A stretch of 32,000 nt of DNA from Alkanindiges illinoisensis DSM 15370. Lineage in GTDB: Bacteria; Pseudomonadota; Gammaproteobacteria; Pseudomonadales; Moraxellaceae. The stretch lies in NCBI RefSeq assembly GCF_000619845.1, contig NZ_JHUX01000003.1, forward strand, positions 120,001-152,000, given 5' to 3'. The notes below the pieces were generated by a model. The model searched no databases. It was given only the letters and a program-made list of their open reading frames with translations, and was not told where the DNA came from. Shown one piece after another: positions 9,396 through 19,183 of this stretch. Numbering within the stretch: position 1 is the stretch's first letter; every line of letters starts with the position of its first letter. A program made the translations under genes and the position numbers.

Positions 9396-10550
9396 TTAAC
9401 GCTTGGCTGGGGCAATTTGCATGAGCTTGCAGATAATGCCGAGCATGATTTCATCAGCACCACCACCAATTGAAATCAGCCGACCATCACGATAAAGCTG
9501 GGAAGCCGGGTTATCCCACATAAAGCCCATGCCGCCCCAATATTGCAGGCAGCTATCAGCAACCTCTCGGGTTAAACGACCCGCTTTGAGCTTGGCCATG
9601 GATGCCAGCTTGGTCACATCCTTTCCGGCCAGCATGGCTTCACAGGCTTGATAGGTGAGGGCGCGCAAGGCTTCAATTTCAGTTTGCAGTTCGGCAAAGC
9701 GAAAATGAACCACCTGATTGTGAATCAGCGGCTGGCCAAAGGTTTTACGCTCTTGACAGTATTCAATGGTTTTTTGTAGGCAATATTCCATCATGCCCAG
9801 TGCATTGGCCGCCAGCCACAGGCGTTCTTCCTGAAACTGCATCATTTGCATGCGAAAACCTGCGCCTTCTTCGCCAATCAGATAGCGCTGCGGCACCCGT
9901 ACATTGTCCAGAAAAATTTGCGTGGTCTGGCTGGAACGCATACCGAGCTTGTCTAGTGGTTCAGAAAAGCTGATGCCTTTGCTTTTGGTCGGCACCACGA
10001 TCAGCGACTTATTGCAATGCGGTGAATCATCCGAGGTATTGGCCAGTAGACACAAAAAGTCAGCTTGCAGCGAATTGGTAATCCACATCTTGCTGCCATT
10101 AATGATGTAATCATCACCGTCTTTTTTGGCCGTGGTTTTAATCGCAGCGACATCAGAACCAGCATGCGGTTCGGATACCGCAATCGAGCCAACCAGATCG
10201 CCAGCAATGGCCGGTGCCAGAAACTCCTGCTTGATTTCTTCACTGCCAAAACGGGCAAGGGCTGGTGTACACATATCGGTTTGCACACCTATCGCCAGCG
10301 GCACGCCGCCGCAAACCATGGTTCCCAGCGCTTCGGTCACCACCAGATTGTAGGAATAATCCAGTCCCAACCCGCCATATTGCTCAGGCTTGCAAATTCC
10401 CAGCAAGCCCAGATTTCCCATTTTTTTAAACACTTCATGCATGGGAAACTGGCCTTCACGCTCCCATTGCTCAGCGTAAGGATTCAGTTCGTTTTGCACA
10501 AACTGCAAAGTGGTACGTTTTAAGGCCTCGTGTTCTGCTGTAAATCGCAT
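9396..10550 (-). CDS. Acyl-CoA dehydrogenase, AtuD-like, copy 2 of a tandem pair
   Basis: 384 aa with ACAD hallmarks (SEPHAGSDVAAI, KMWITNS, GGGADEIM). It is clearly paralogous to the adjacent 10601-11758 gene, and the C-terminal ~60 aa are nearly identical. Confidence 0.85.
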   Translation of the reverse strand: MRFTAEHEALKRTTLQFVQNELNPYAEQWEREGQFPMHEVFKKMGNLGLLGICKPEQYGGLGLDYSYNLVVTEALGTMVCGGVPLAIGVQTDMCTPALARFGSEEIKQEFLAPAIAGDLVGSIAVSEPHAGSDVAAIKTTAKKDGDDYIINGSKMWITNSLQADFLCLLANTSDDSPHCNKSLIVVPTKSKGISFSEPLDKLGMRSSQTTQIFLDNVRVPQRYLIGEEGAGFRMQMMQFQEERLWLAANALGMMEYCLQKTIEYCQERKTFGQPLIHNQVVHFRFAELQTEIEALRALTYQACEAMLAGKDVTKLASMAKLKAGRLTREVADSCLQYWGGMGFMWDNPASQLYRDGRLISIGGGADEIMLGIICKLMQIAPAKR

Positions 10551-10600
10551 GCTTGTGCTCCTTGCACTGGCTTTTGAGATTGCGGCTTGCTGTTTCTCAA

Positions 10601-11758
10601 CTATTTTTGTTTTTTCGGCAGAATATCCATCAGCTTGCAGATAATACCGAGCATGATTTCATCAGCACCGCCGCCAATTGAGCCTAAGCGCCCGTCACGA
10701 TAAAGCTGCGAGGCTGGGTTGTCCCACATAAAGCCCATGCCGCCCCAGTATTGCAGGCAGCTATCGGCGACCTCGCGGGTTAAACGCCCTGCTTTTAGTT
10801 TGGCCATGGATGCCAGTTTGGTCACGTTTTCACCAGCAATATGCGCTTCGCAGGCCTGATAGGTGAGGGCACGCAAGGCTTCAACTTCGGTTTGCAACTC
10901 AGCCAGACGGAAATGCACTGACTGGTTATTAATGAGCGGCTGGCCAAAGGTGCTACGTTCTTTGCAGTATTCAATGGTTTGCTCAATTAAGTGATCCAGT
11001 CCACCAATTGCATTGGCTGCTGCCCACAGGCGTTCTTCCTGAAATTGCATCATTTGCATCATAAAACCCATGCCTTCCACGCCCACCAGATTGCGCTGTG
11101 GTACTCGCACATTGTCAAAAAATACCTGTGCGGTAGTGGTAGAGCGCATGCCCAGCTTGTCTAGTGGTTCAGAAAAACTAATGCCCGGTGTTTTGGCAGG
11201 CACAATAATCATGGATTTGTTAATGTGGGGCTTATCGTCGGAAGTATTGGCCAGCAAGCAAAAGAAGTCAGCTTGCAGCGAGTTGGTAATCCACATTTTA
11301 GTGCCGTTAATGACATAATCATCACCGTCTTTTTTTGCCATGGTTTTAATTGCCGCTACGTCTGAACCGGCATGCGGCTCGGACACGGCAATCGCTGCGA
11401 CATATTCACCCGTAATGGCTTTGTTCAAAAACTCATCGCGCAGTTCAGCACTACCAAAACGGGCAAGGGCAGGCGTTGCCATGTCGGTTTGTACACCAAT
11501 CGCCAAAGGTACACCGCCACAGGCCGCACGGCCCAGTTCTTCAGCCACCACCAGATTGTAGGAATAATCCAGTCCTAAACCACCATTTTCAGTTGGTTTG
11601 CAAATGCCCAGCAGGCCAAGGTCACCCATTTTTTTAAACACCTCATGAATGGGAAAACGTCCGGCTTCTTCCCACTGGGGAATGTACGGGTTTAATTCTT
11701 TTTCAACAAACTGGCGGGCACTGCGGCGTAGGGCGTCATGTTCTGGGCTAAATTTCAT
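10601..11758 (-). CDS. Acyl-CoA dehydrogenase, AtuD-like, copy 1 of a tandem pair
   Basis: It has the same ACAD motifs as copy 2. I moved the start to the ATG at 11758 (MKFSPEHD...), which is preceded by AGGAAAGGAAAAG and aligns with the N-terminus of the paralogue. Confidence 0.85.
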   Translation of the reverse strand: MKFSPEHDALRRSARQFVEKELNPYIPQWEEAGRFPIHEVFKKMGDLGLLGICKPTENGGLGLDYSYNLVVAEELGRAACGGVPLAIGVQTDMATPALARFGSAELRDEFLNKAITGEYVAAIAVSEPHAGSDVAAIKTMAKKDGDDYVINGTKMWITNSLQADFFCLLANTSDDKPHINKSMIIVPAKTPGISFSEPLDKLGMRSTTTAQVFFDNVRVPQRNLVGVEGMGFMMQMMQFQEERLWAAANAIGGLDHLIEQTIEYCKERSTFGQPLINNQSVHFRLAELQTEVEALRALTYQACEAHIAGENVTKLASMAKLKAGRLTREVADSCLQYWGGMGFMWDNPASQLYRDGRLGSIGGGADEIMLGIICKLMDILPKKQK

Positions 11759-11847
11759 AGCTTTTCCTTTCCTTAAAATTTTAAGTGAATTAATAAATGG
11801 CTTTAGCAATTACTTTTTAAAGTTCATTTGCTTAACCTTCGGTTCGA

Positions 11848-11873
11848 CCTACTTTTCTTTCGGGAAAAGTAGG
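11848..11873. other. Perfect 10-bp stem-loop inside the 289-bp non-coding spacer of the atu operon
   Basis: The sequence is CCTACTTTTC-tttcgg-GAAAAGTAGG. No T-run follows it on either strand. Confidence 0.6.
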
Positions 11874-12047
11874 CAAAACCATCTTCCTTTCGCAGAACTC
11901 GACAACAATGATCATCTTTTCTGCATCGTGCCTATTTAAGTTTCTTCAACAAATTTGATGTAGTCCTGTCTCGAATAACTGCAAAAGGTCTTCCCTCTAT
12001 TCATATGCTATCGAGAATTTAATTAAGTTATTGTTTACACCCTAAAG

Positions 12048-13661
12048 TTAAAGCCGTGCCACACCAAAACTACTGCTTGTTAGTTGACGCTGTTCAGCTT
12101 CATGGATGGTTTGCAGTAAAAACACCAGCAGACGGCGGGTGTCGCGTGGGTCAATTAAGCCATCGTCATGCAAACGGGCAGAGTTAAACAATGCACCACT
12201 TTGCTGTTCCAGCTTGGCAGCTGTACCCTGTTCCAGGAAATCCAGCACTTGCGGATCAGGTTCCATGCCTTTTTGGCGCTGTTTTTCTTCCGTCACAATG
12301 CGTAATACCTTGCCAGCCTGTGCGCCGCCCATCACCGCTGTACGTGAATTGGGCCACGCAAAAATAAAGCGCGGCGATAAGCCACGACCAGACATGGCAT
12401 AGTTACCTGCACCGTAAGAGCCACCCACCACAATGGAAATACGTGGTACACGGGCATTGGCAACCGCTTGAATCAGTTTGGAGCCATGCTTGATAATGCC
12501 GCTTTGCTCAGCGTCTGTTCCCACAATAAAACCAGTGGTGTTATGCAGGAAAATCAGTGGACGCTGGGTCTGGTCACAAAGCTGGATAAACTGGGCAGTT
12601 TTAACGGCACCCTGTGGGGTAATGGGGCCGTTGTTGGTAATAATGCCAATGGTTTTGCCGCCAATTTTTGCCCAGCCACATACAGTAAGTGCGTCAAATT
12701 CCTGCTTGAATTCCAGAAAATCGGAATCATCCACCAGACGGGCAATGACTTCTTTCATATCAAATGGCTGTTTGGGATCAGCAGGAATCAGCCCCAGTAC
12801 ATCGTCAATGGGATAGCGTGGTTCCAGATAATGCTCTGTATTGGCCGCCGCCTGTTCCTTCCAGTTCAGCATGGCAACCACATCACGTGCCATGCGAATG
12901 CCATCCGCATCGTTTTCTGCCAGATATTCAGCCGTACCAGCAATCTGGGCATGAATTTCTGCACCGCCCAATTCTTCACTGGTAGCAATTTCACCTGTCG
13001 CAGCACGCAGCAGTGGCGGGCCAGCCAGAAACATTTCAGTTTGCTTGCGGATGGCAATTACATAGTCTGATAAACCCGGTTGATACGCACCACCAGCCGT
13101 TGCATTGCCATGGACGACTGAAATTTGCGGAATGCCTGCGGCAGAAAGCCGTGCCTGATTGGCAAAGGTCTTGCCACCGGGAATAAATACTTCAGCGGCA
13201 TAGTTCAGGTTGGCCCCACCACTTTCCGTCAGGGTAATCACCGGCAATTTATTTTCCAGTGCAATTTCCTGTAGGCGCAGGGTTTTTTGTACGCCCATGG
13301 GTGACATAGTACCGCCCTTGATGGCACTGTTGGCGGCACTAATCAGGCAACGCACGCCCTGTACAAAACCAATGCCAGAAATCACGCCACCACCAGCATC
13401 TGAGCCATCCTTGTCATCAAACATTTGATAGCCAACAAAGCCACACAGCTCAACAAAAGGTGAGCCTGCATCCAGCAACAGCTTGATGCGTTCATGCGGC
13501 AGGATCTTGCCGCGCTTGTCAAACTTGGGCTTGGCTTCAAACGATTTATCCAGCACTTTTTGCTGCACTGCGCGCATCTCGTCAATCGCTTTTTGCATGG
13601 CCGTACGGTTGGTTGCAAAGCCGGAACTATTGGCATCCAGCTCACTGTTTAAAATACTCAT
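12048..13661 (-). CDS. atuC: Acyl-CoA carboxylase carboxyltransferase (beta) subunit, AtuC-like
   Basis: 537 aa with the two-domain carboxyltransferase layout of the PccB/MccB/AtuC family. The start overlaps the upstream SDR stop by 4 nt. Confidence 0.85.
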   Translation of the reverse strand: MSILNSELDANSSGFATNRTAMQKAIDEMRAVQQKVLDKSFEAKPKFDKRGKILPHERIKLLLDAGSPFVELCGFVGYQMFDDKDGSDAGGGVISGIGFVQGVRCLISAANSAIKGGTMSPMGVQKTLRLQEIALENKLPVITLTESGGANLNYAAEVFIPGGKTFANQARLSAAGIPQISVVHGNATAGGAYQPGLSDYVIAIRKQTEMFLAGPPLLRAATGEIATSEELGGAEIHAQIAGTAEYLAENDADGIRMARDVVAMLNWKEQAAANTEHYLEPRYPIDDVLGLIPADPKQPFDMKEVIARLVDDSDFLEFKQEFDALTVCGWAKIGGKTIGIITNNGPITPQGAVKTAQFIQLCDQTQRPLIFLHNTTGFIVGTDAEQSGIIKHGSKLIQAVANARVPRISIVVGGSYGAGNYAMSGRGLSPRFIFAWPNSRTAVMGGAQAGKVLRIVTEEKQRQKGMEPDPQVLDFLEQGTAAKLEQQSGALFNSARLHDDGLIDPRDTRRLLVFLLQTIHEAEQRQLTSSSFGVARL

Positions 13662-14593
13662 AGCTGGCTCTCTTCACGTGGTGAGTCTTCTGTTTGTGGC
13701 TGGCAGGATTGACCCTGTTCTTCTTTAGTTTTTAAAACATCAGGGATAAAGGCACGATGAAATCCATTATAGGAATGGCTGTTTTTGGCATCAGACAAGG
13801 GATACATCCGTGTGCCCAGTGATGCAGCCCCATCAATTCTTAAGGTCACACCTGATACAAAAGCGGCGGCTTCAGACAGCAAATAGCAAATCGCTGAGGA
13901 CACTTCGGATTCCGTACCCATACGCTTAAGTGGCACATTGCCTGCAAGGCTTGGAATCACAAATTTGGCAAAATCACCCTGATAGGTATCCATCCCGGAT
14001 GACATAATCCAGCCGGGAGAAACAGCATTCACGCGTACGCCAGATTTACCCCATTCTACTGAGGCAGTTTTGGTCAGGTTATCAACGCCGGAACGGGCAG
14101 CACCAGAGTGTCCCATTCCCGGCATGCCGCCCCACATATCGGCAGTCATGTTCACAATGGAACCACCGTGTTTTTTCATATACTGGTTATAGGCTTCACG
14201 CATCATCAGGAAGGTGCCATGCAGGTTATTGCGAATGACGGCATCAAATCCATTGTAGGAAATGTCTTCCAGAGAGGAGGGGAATTGTCCACCGGCGTTA
14301 TTGACCAGGCCATCCAGCTTGCCAAACTGTTCAATCACTTTAGCAAAGGTATCCTTAACCTGAGCTTCGTCGCGGATATCACAAATCAGCCCAATGGCCT
14401 TACCACCATCTTCGGTAATTTCAGCGACAACGCTATCCAGTTTTTCTACTTTACGGCCAGTAATGATGACCTGTGCGCCAAGACTGGCAAGTTCATGGGC
14501 AGTCGCGCGGCCAATACCTGAGCCACCGCCCGTGACCATAATGACTTTGTCCAAAAAAGCATCATGGCGAAAAATTGAGTGATACGACATCAT
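13658..14593 (-). CDS. atuB: Short-chain dehydrogenase/reductase, AtuB-like
   Basis: It has the Rossmann motif VTGGGSGIG and NNAG. It sits between the AtuA-like and carboxyltransferase genes. Tandem ATG ATG start codons follow AGGAAA. Confidence 0.8.
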   Translation of the reverse strand: MMSYHSIFRHDAFLDKVIMVTGGGSGIGRATAHELASLGAQVIITGRKVEKLDSVVAEITEDGGKAIGLICDIRDEAQVKDTFAKVIEQFGKLDGLVNNAGGQFPSSLEDISYNGFDAVIRNNLHGTFLMMREAYNQYMKKHGGSIVNMTADMWGGMPGMGHSGAARSGVDNLTKTASVEWGKSGVRVNAVSPGWIMSSGMDTYQGDFAKFVIPSLAGNVPLKRMGTESEVSSAICYLLSEAAAFVSGVTLRIDGAASLGTRMYPLSDAKNSHSYNGFHRAFIPDVLKTKEEQGQSCQPQTEDSPREESQL

Positions 14594-14660
14594 GATTTCC
14601 TAAAAGAGATTTTCCGTAATAAAAGTTTTGGCACTAAAGTGTTAAATGCGCCATAGAATT

Positions 14661-16481
14661 TCAGGTTAAAAGTGCAGCCGGAATCTTGACAGGCATATCC
14701 AGTAACTGCTGACCAAATGCTTTGCCTTGCGGATCAATACGCAAGCTGGCAATACCGCCACCGCCAAGTGCATTTTTCAATAAAAAGTTCAGCGCGTGAA
14801 AACCGGGCAGCTCAAAACGGATCACGGTACTGTTGGTATCATCCAGTACATGCGCCATGTACTGCGCCACCGCCTGTTCAGTCAGCGAGGCACGAATCCA
14901 CGGTAAAAATTCCGCCTTACGTGCAATCACACCAATATTGGAATGATTGCCTTTGTCGCCACTACGCGCATAAGCCAGTTCAATCAACGGTACTTCGGTC
15001 AAATCATTTGCTGCATCAATATTTGCAACTTCACCACTGGCTACTGGTTCAGTCAGTTGTGTGGGTTGGGCACTAACCGTAACAGGAGTGCGCTCACCAT
15101 TGAATTCAATCTCAACCGGAACCTGATCTTTATCAATTAAAAATGAAAACAGTTTAACCACAGGGGACGCTTTGGGACGGCCACCGACAATGCCAGTAAT
15201 GCCGGGCGCCATGCCTGTTGCCGCTTGTGCAATTTCAGAGGCAAAAAACAGGCAGGCTTCCTTAAAGGGATGGGCCACTGCCATTTTAACCACCACTTCC
15301 CGGGCATCCTGATGGCGTGCATGTGCGCCATACGTGGTTTCTGTTCCTAAAATTTCTACCGAAGTGGAGCTAAAGCCGGGCACACTACGCATGGCCAAAA
15401 CACGTTGGCATTTTTCCAAGATGGCTTGAGCGACAGCTTCAGCTTTGGCTTTGGCATCGCGTCCGCCCAGCATAAAGCTGACCAATACCCGAAAACCATC
15501 GGCATACGTGGCACTCACCTTATACTGATGGGTTGGGGCACGTCCTATCGCACCCGTCACCTGTACCCGATTGTCGCCAACTTGTTGCAGTTGCACATGG
15601 CTAAAATCAGCAACTACATCGGGCAGCAAATAAGACTGTGGGTCACCAATTTCATAAACAATTTGTTCACTAACTGTTGCAGTGCTTACCAGCCCACCGG
15701 TGCCTTCTGGTTTGGTCACCACAAAGCTGCCATCTGCATGTACTTCCACAATTGGAAAGCCCATGTTGGAATAGCCATCTTTTACCAGATGCCAGTCAGT
15801 GAAATTACCACCAGTACATTGCGCCCCGCATTCAATCACATGGCCCGCCAGTGAGCCTTGTGCCAATAGATTATAGTCGGTGGTTTGCCAGCCAAATTCA
15901 TGCATCAATGGGCCAAGCACCACAGCAGAGTCCACCACACGCCCGGTAATGACAATATCTGCACCCTGATCCAGTGCAACCTGTACGGGTGTGGCTCCCA
16001 AATAGGCATTAATGCTGGCAATACTGGCGGGTAATGGTTCACCTGTTTGCATTTCGCCAACCTTGAGGGCTTGTAATTCTTTTTGCTTATCGATCAGGTC
16101 ATCGCCCAGCACCACGGCAACTTTCAGGTCCAGCCCAGCATCTGTAATAAGCTTATTTAGTGCATCACGACAGGCAATGGGGTTCACACCACCCGCATTA
16201 CTAATTACCTTAATATTTTTTTTGGCAATGGTTTTTAGCAACGGTGCCATAACACGAGTAACAAAGTCGGTGGCATAGCCCATATTGGAGTCTTTCATCC
16301 GGGCATTAGCCATAATTGACATGGTGATTTCGGCCAGATAATCAAACACCAGATAGTCAATATTACTCAGGTGAACCAGTTGAAAAGCAGCCGTATTGGT
16401 ATCGCCCCAAAACGCCGATGCACAGCCAATTCGCACAATTTTATGTTGTTCAGCATCCATATGATTTGCCGGGTTGCTCAT
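14661..16481 (-). CDS. atuA: Acyclic terpene utilisation protein AtuA family (DUF1446 with fused C-terminal ARSGDKG segment)
   Basis: 606 aa. The N-terminus ([11 protein letters not shown]) and the C-terminal [14 protein letters not shown] block are as I recall for AtuA-family proteins. It is the first gene of the operon and is divergent from a TetR gene. Confidence 0.75.
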   Translation of the reverse strand: MSNPANHMDAEQHKIVRIGCASAFWGDTNTAAFQLVHLSNIDYLVFDYLAEITMSIMANARMKDSNMGYATDFVTRVMAPLLKTIAKKNIKVISNAGGVNPIACRDALNKLITDAGLDLKVAVVLGDDLIDKQKELQALKVGEMQTGEPLPASIASINAYLGATPVQVALDQGADIVITGRVVDSAVVLGPLMHEFGWQTTDYNLLAQGSLAGHVIECGAQCTGGNFTDWHLVKDGYSNMGFPIVEVHADGSFVVTKPEGTGGLVSTATVSEQIVYEIGDPQSYLLPDVVADFSHVQLQQVGDNRVQVTGAIGRAPTHQYKVSATYADGFRVLVSFMLGGRDAKAKAEAVAQAILEKCQRVLAMRSVPGFSSTSVEILGTETTYGAHARHQDAREVVVKMAVAHPFKEACLFFASEIAQAATGMAPGITGIVGGRPKASPVVKLFSFLIDKDQVPVEIEFNGERTPVTVSAQPTQLTEPVASGEVANIDAANDLTEVPLIELAYARSGDKGNHSNIGVIARKAEFLPWIRASLTEQAVAQYMAHVLDDTNSTVIRFELPGFHALNFLLKNALGGGGIASLRIDPQGKAFGQQLLDMPVKIPAALLT

Positions 16482-16546
16482 CTGCCTGACTCAATGTACC
16501 ATTCGTAATACAACCATACCAAGCAAGCGCTAGGTTTGTGATTGTT

Positions 16547-16575
16547 AAAATGTATCATTTTGGTGGTGCAAAATG
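16547..16575. promoter_or_regulatory. Interlocked inverted repeats, candidate AtuR (TetR) operator
   Basis: The sequence is AAAATG-tat-CATTTTG-gtggtg-CAAAATG. It forms a 6-3-6 palindrome and a 7-6-7 palindrome that share the central half-site. It sits mid-way in the 185-bp atuR/atuA divergent intergenic region. Confidence 0.4.
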
Positions 16576-16666
16576 GTCAGTCGTTACGGCAGGCCAGCAC
16601 AGTAAACCAGAAGTAGGGCCTGAACAGAGTGGCTCAGGCTTAAGTAAGAATTAACGGTTGAAATGA

Positions 16667-17272
16667 ATGCTTGAAATTAAAAGTCTGGAGCAATTGCCGC
16701 AAATGGGCGGGCTTGATGATAGTCCGCGTGGACGTGTTATGCGGGCAGCCGCTTACCTGTTTCGGCGAAATGGATATGCGTCAACCACAGTTCGGGAGCT
16801 GGCGCAGCTGGTTGGCATTCAATCCGGCAGCCTGTTTCATCACTTTAAAAGCAAGGATGATATCCTGCTGGCGGTGATGGAAGAAGCCATTCGCTACAAC
16901 ACAGCGCGCATGGAGCAGGCGGTGCAACAGGCCACCGGCACGTTCAACCAGATTCGGGGCTTGATCCGGGCCGAGCTTGAATCTATCAACGGGGATACCG
17001 GCACAGCGATGGCGGTGCTGGTGTTTGAGTGGGATGCCTTGACGCCAGACCGGCAGGATTACTTGCTTAATATGCGTAAGTACTATGAGCAAATCTGGTT
17101 GGATGTATTGGAACGTGCGCAGCAGGAAGGCCTGATCAAACACCCTCCATTTATCTGGCGGCGTTTAATTGGTGGCGCTATTTCATGGACAGTGACATGG
17201 TATAAGCCGGAAGGCCCTATGACGCTGGATCAATTGGCCGATATTATTATGCAAATGGGCAAAGCTGAATAA
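16667..17272 (+). CDS. atuR: TetR-family transcriptional repressor, AtuR-like
   Basis: It has an N-terminal TetR HTH (TTVRELAQLVGIQSGSLFHHFKSKDDIL). It is divergent from the atuA-like operon across a 185-bp intergenic region. Confidence 0.8.
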   Translation: MLEIKSLEQLPQMGGLDDSPRGRVMRAAAYLFRRNGYASTTVRELAQLVGIQSGSLFHHFKSKDDILLAVMEEAIRYNTARMEQAVQQATGTFNQIRGLIRAELESINGDTGTAMAVLVFEWDALTPDRQDYLLNMRKYYEQIWLDVLERAQQEGLIKHPPFIWRRLIGGAISWTVTWYKPEGPMTLDQLADIIMQMGKAE

Positions 17273-17294
17273 GCAGCTTCAAAATAGTCCATTA

Positions 17295-17337
17295 GCCAAA
17301 ACTAAAAATGCCAGCCTGCATTAATCAGAACTGGCAT
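17295..17337 (-). terminator. Probable terminator after purN
   Basis: The stem is ATGCCAG (17308-17314) / CTGGCAT (17331-17337), with an inner CTG/CAG pairing. On the minus strand it is followed by TTTTTAGTTTTGG. Confidence 0.5.
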
Positions 17338-17453
17338 GGTTTGGCTTGTGCCGGTGCTTTACACCGTTGAAATTAAAAATCTAAGCCATCTATTTAAACT
17401 GAAGATAAAAATTAAACCAGACATGAAACACATGTGTAATCAGCAAAAGCGGC

Positions 17454-18116
17454 TTATTTTACGCAGCGCATCAGCTGTTCATGCATAAACCGCACGGGTT
17501 CAAGCAGGGGTTGCCCATCCAGATAGGCCTGATTACCCAGCAGCGCCACACGTCCAGCCGCAATCCAGCCCATAATGCGCGGATACAGCTCATGTTCCAG
17601 CACATGGATTTTGGCTTTCAGGCTTTGCACATTATCCTGCGGGCAAACCTGTAATACAGACTGGGCAATCACCGCGCCTGAATCCAGCTCTGCCGTCACA
17701 AAATGCACTGTACAGCCATGAAAACGGTCACCGGTATTTAACACCCGCTGATGCGTATTTAAACCTTTGTAAGCAGGCAACAGCGACGGGTGAATGTTAA
17801 TCAGCTGGCCACTAAAGCGATTCACAAAATTGGCAGTCAGCACCCGCATAAAACCAGCCAGTACAATCACATCCACCTGCCAGTTTAGCAGCACGGCAAT
17901 CATCTCGGCTTCAAAGGCATCGCGGTCAGCAAACTGGCGATGGTCAACTACCAGGGCGCGAATACCTGCATCTTTGGCGCGTTGCAGGGCATAGGCATCC
18001 GGTATATTGGAAATAACCCCGACCAACTCTGCCTGAATGCGACCCTGCTGGACTGCATCAATCATTGCCTGAAGATTACTTCCATTCCCAGAAGCTAAAA
18101 CTGCAAATCTAATCAC
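17454..18116 (-). CDS. purN: Phosphoribosylglycinamide formyltransferase
   Basis: It carries [10 protein letters not shown] and [10 protein letters not shown] motifs and is 220 aa long. There is a 4-nt overlap with the purM stop. Confidence 0.9.
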   Translation of the reverse strand: MIRFAVLASGNGSNLQAMIDAVQQGRIQAELVGVISNIPDAYALQRAKDAGIRALVVDHRQFADRDAFEAEMIAVLLNWQVDVIVLAGFMRVLTANFVNRFSGQLINIHPSLLPAYKGLNTHQRVLNTGDRFHGCTVHFVTAELDSGAVIAQSVLQVCPQDNVQSLKAKIHVLEHELYPRIMGWIAAGRVALLGNQAYLDGQPLLEPVRFMHEQLMRCVK

Positions 18117-19183
18117 GCCAGAATTACCCTCACTTGGTCGTCTGCATCAGTGGTTGACTGTGCATCTGCCTCAATTTTTCCAATGACCCATGCTGTTTCA
18201 CCCGCAGCCTGCAACTGTGCCAAGGCTTTTTCGCTGTCTTCGCTGCCTACCGCAATGACCATGCCGACACCACAGTTAAAAGTACGATACATTTCATAGG
18301 TATCGACATTACCTTGCAGTTGCAGGAACTTGAACAGGGCAGGCCACTGCCATGACGCAGTATCAATGCGGGCACGCGTACCATTTGGCAGAACACGCGG
18401 CAGGTTACCGGGCAAACCGCCACCGGTAATGTGAGCCATTGCATGAATATCAACCTGTTTGGCCAGTTCTAAAATAGACTTGACGTAAATTTTTGTTGGC
18501 ATCATGACAACGTCACTCAGCTTTTTGCCATCAATGTCCTGATCCAGCGCAATATTTTTAACATCAATAATTTTACGGATTAAGGAGTAACCATTTGAGT
18601 GTGCGCCGCTGGAGGCCACCCCAATCAGCACATCGCCAGCCTGTACCTTGCTGCCATCAATAATTTTTGCATGTTCAACCACGCCTACACAGAAACCAGC
18701 CAGATCATAGTCTTCGCCTTCATACATGCCGGGCATTTCAGCGGTTTCACCGCCAACCAGCGCACAGCCAGCCTGTACACAGCCTTCACCAATACCAGTA
18801 ACGACATCCGCTGCAACATCCACATTCAGGTGGCCCGTAGCATAGTAATCCAGAAAGAATAACGGTTCAGCACCACACACCAGCAGGTCATTCACGCACA
18901 TTGCCACCAGATCAATACCAATGGTGTCGTGCTTGTTCAGGGCCAAAGCCAGTTTTAACTTAGTGCCTACACCATCAGTGCCAGACACCAGCACAGGCTC
19001 GTCATAGCCTTTAGGAATTTTGCATAGCGCGCCAAAACCACCAAGACCACCCATGACTTCAGGGCGCATGGTACGTTTGGCGACGGACTTAATCCGGTCA
19101 ACCAGATGATCTCCAGCTTCGATGTCGACGCCAGCATCTTTGTAGCTTAAACTGGTGGTTTGGGGTGAAGATGATATGGTCAT
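18113..19183 (-). CDS. purM: Phosphoribosylformylglycinamidine cyclo-ligase (AIR synthetase)
   Basis: It carries [13 protein letters not shown] and [10 protein letters not shown] motifs. I moved the start to the ATG at 19183, with GGAGA about 11 nt upstream. The extra 50 aa in the track ORF have no PurM counterpart. Confidence 0.9.
   Translation of the reverse strand: MTISSSPQTTSLSYKDAGVDIEAGDHLVDRIKSVAKRTMRPEVMGGLGGFGALCKIPKGYDEPVLVSGTDGVGTKLKLALALNKHDTIGIDLVAMCVNDLLVCGAEPLFFLDYYATGHLNVDVAADVVTGIGEGCVQAGCALVGGETAEMPGMYEGEDYDLAGFCVGVVEHAKIIDGSKVQAGDVLIGVASSGAHSNGYSLIRKIIDVKNIALDQDIDGKKLSDVVMMPTKIYVKSILELAKQVDIHAMAHITGGGLPGNLPRVLPNGTRARIDTASWQWPALFKFLQLQGNVDTYEMYRTFNCGVGMVIAVGSEDSEKALAQLQAAGETAWVIGKIEADAQSTTDADDQVRVILA

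Noticed and set aside
11838-11852. A GGTTCGA string resembling a tRNA T-loop inside the atu spacer.
   Set aside because: The flanking bases cannot form a T-stem, and no acceptor or anticodon arms can be built. It is not a tRNA or a tRNA fragment I can support.
12468-13070. A 200-aa plus-strand ORF, and many similar 60-150 aa ORFs in the track (for example 7558-7905, 7883-8251, 10065-10523, 14108-14521, 15405-15854), lying antisense to the atu genes.
   Set aside because: They sit entirely inside strongly supported minus-strand genes with clear family motifs. They have odd, low-complexity or Cys/His/Arg-rich translations and no ribosome-binding sites. These are typical shadow ORFs of moderately GC-rich coding DNA.
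6529-13661. Reading the carboxylase/dehydrogenase/hydratase genes as the leucine catabolic liu cluster (methylcrotonyl-CoA carboxylase).
   Set aside because: There is no HMG-CoA lyase gene and no MerR-type LiuR. Instead there are an AtuA-like DUF1446 gene, an SDR and a divergent TetR regulator, which is the atu arrangement. Substrate specificity still needs phylogenetic or biochemical confirmation.
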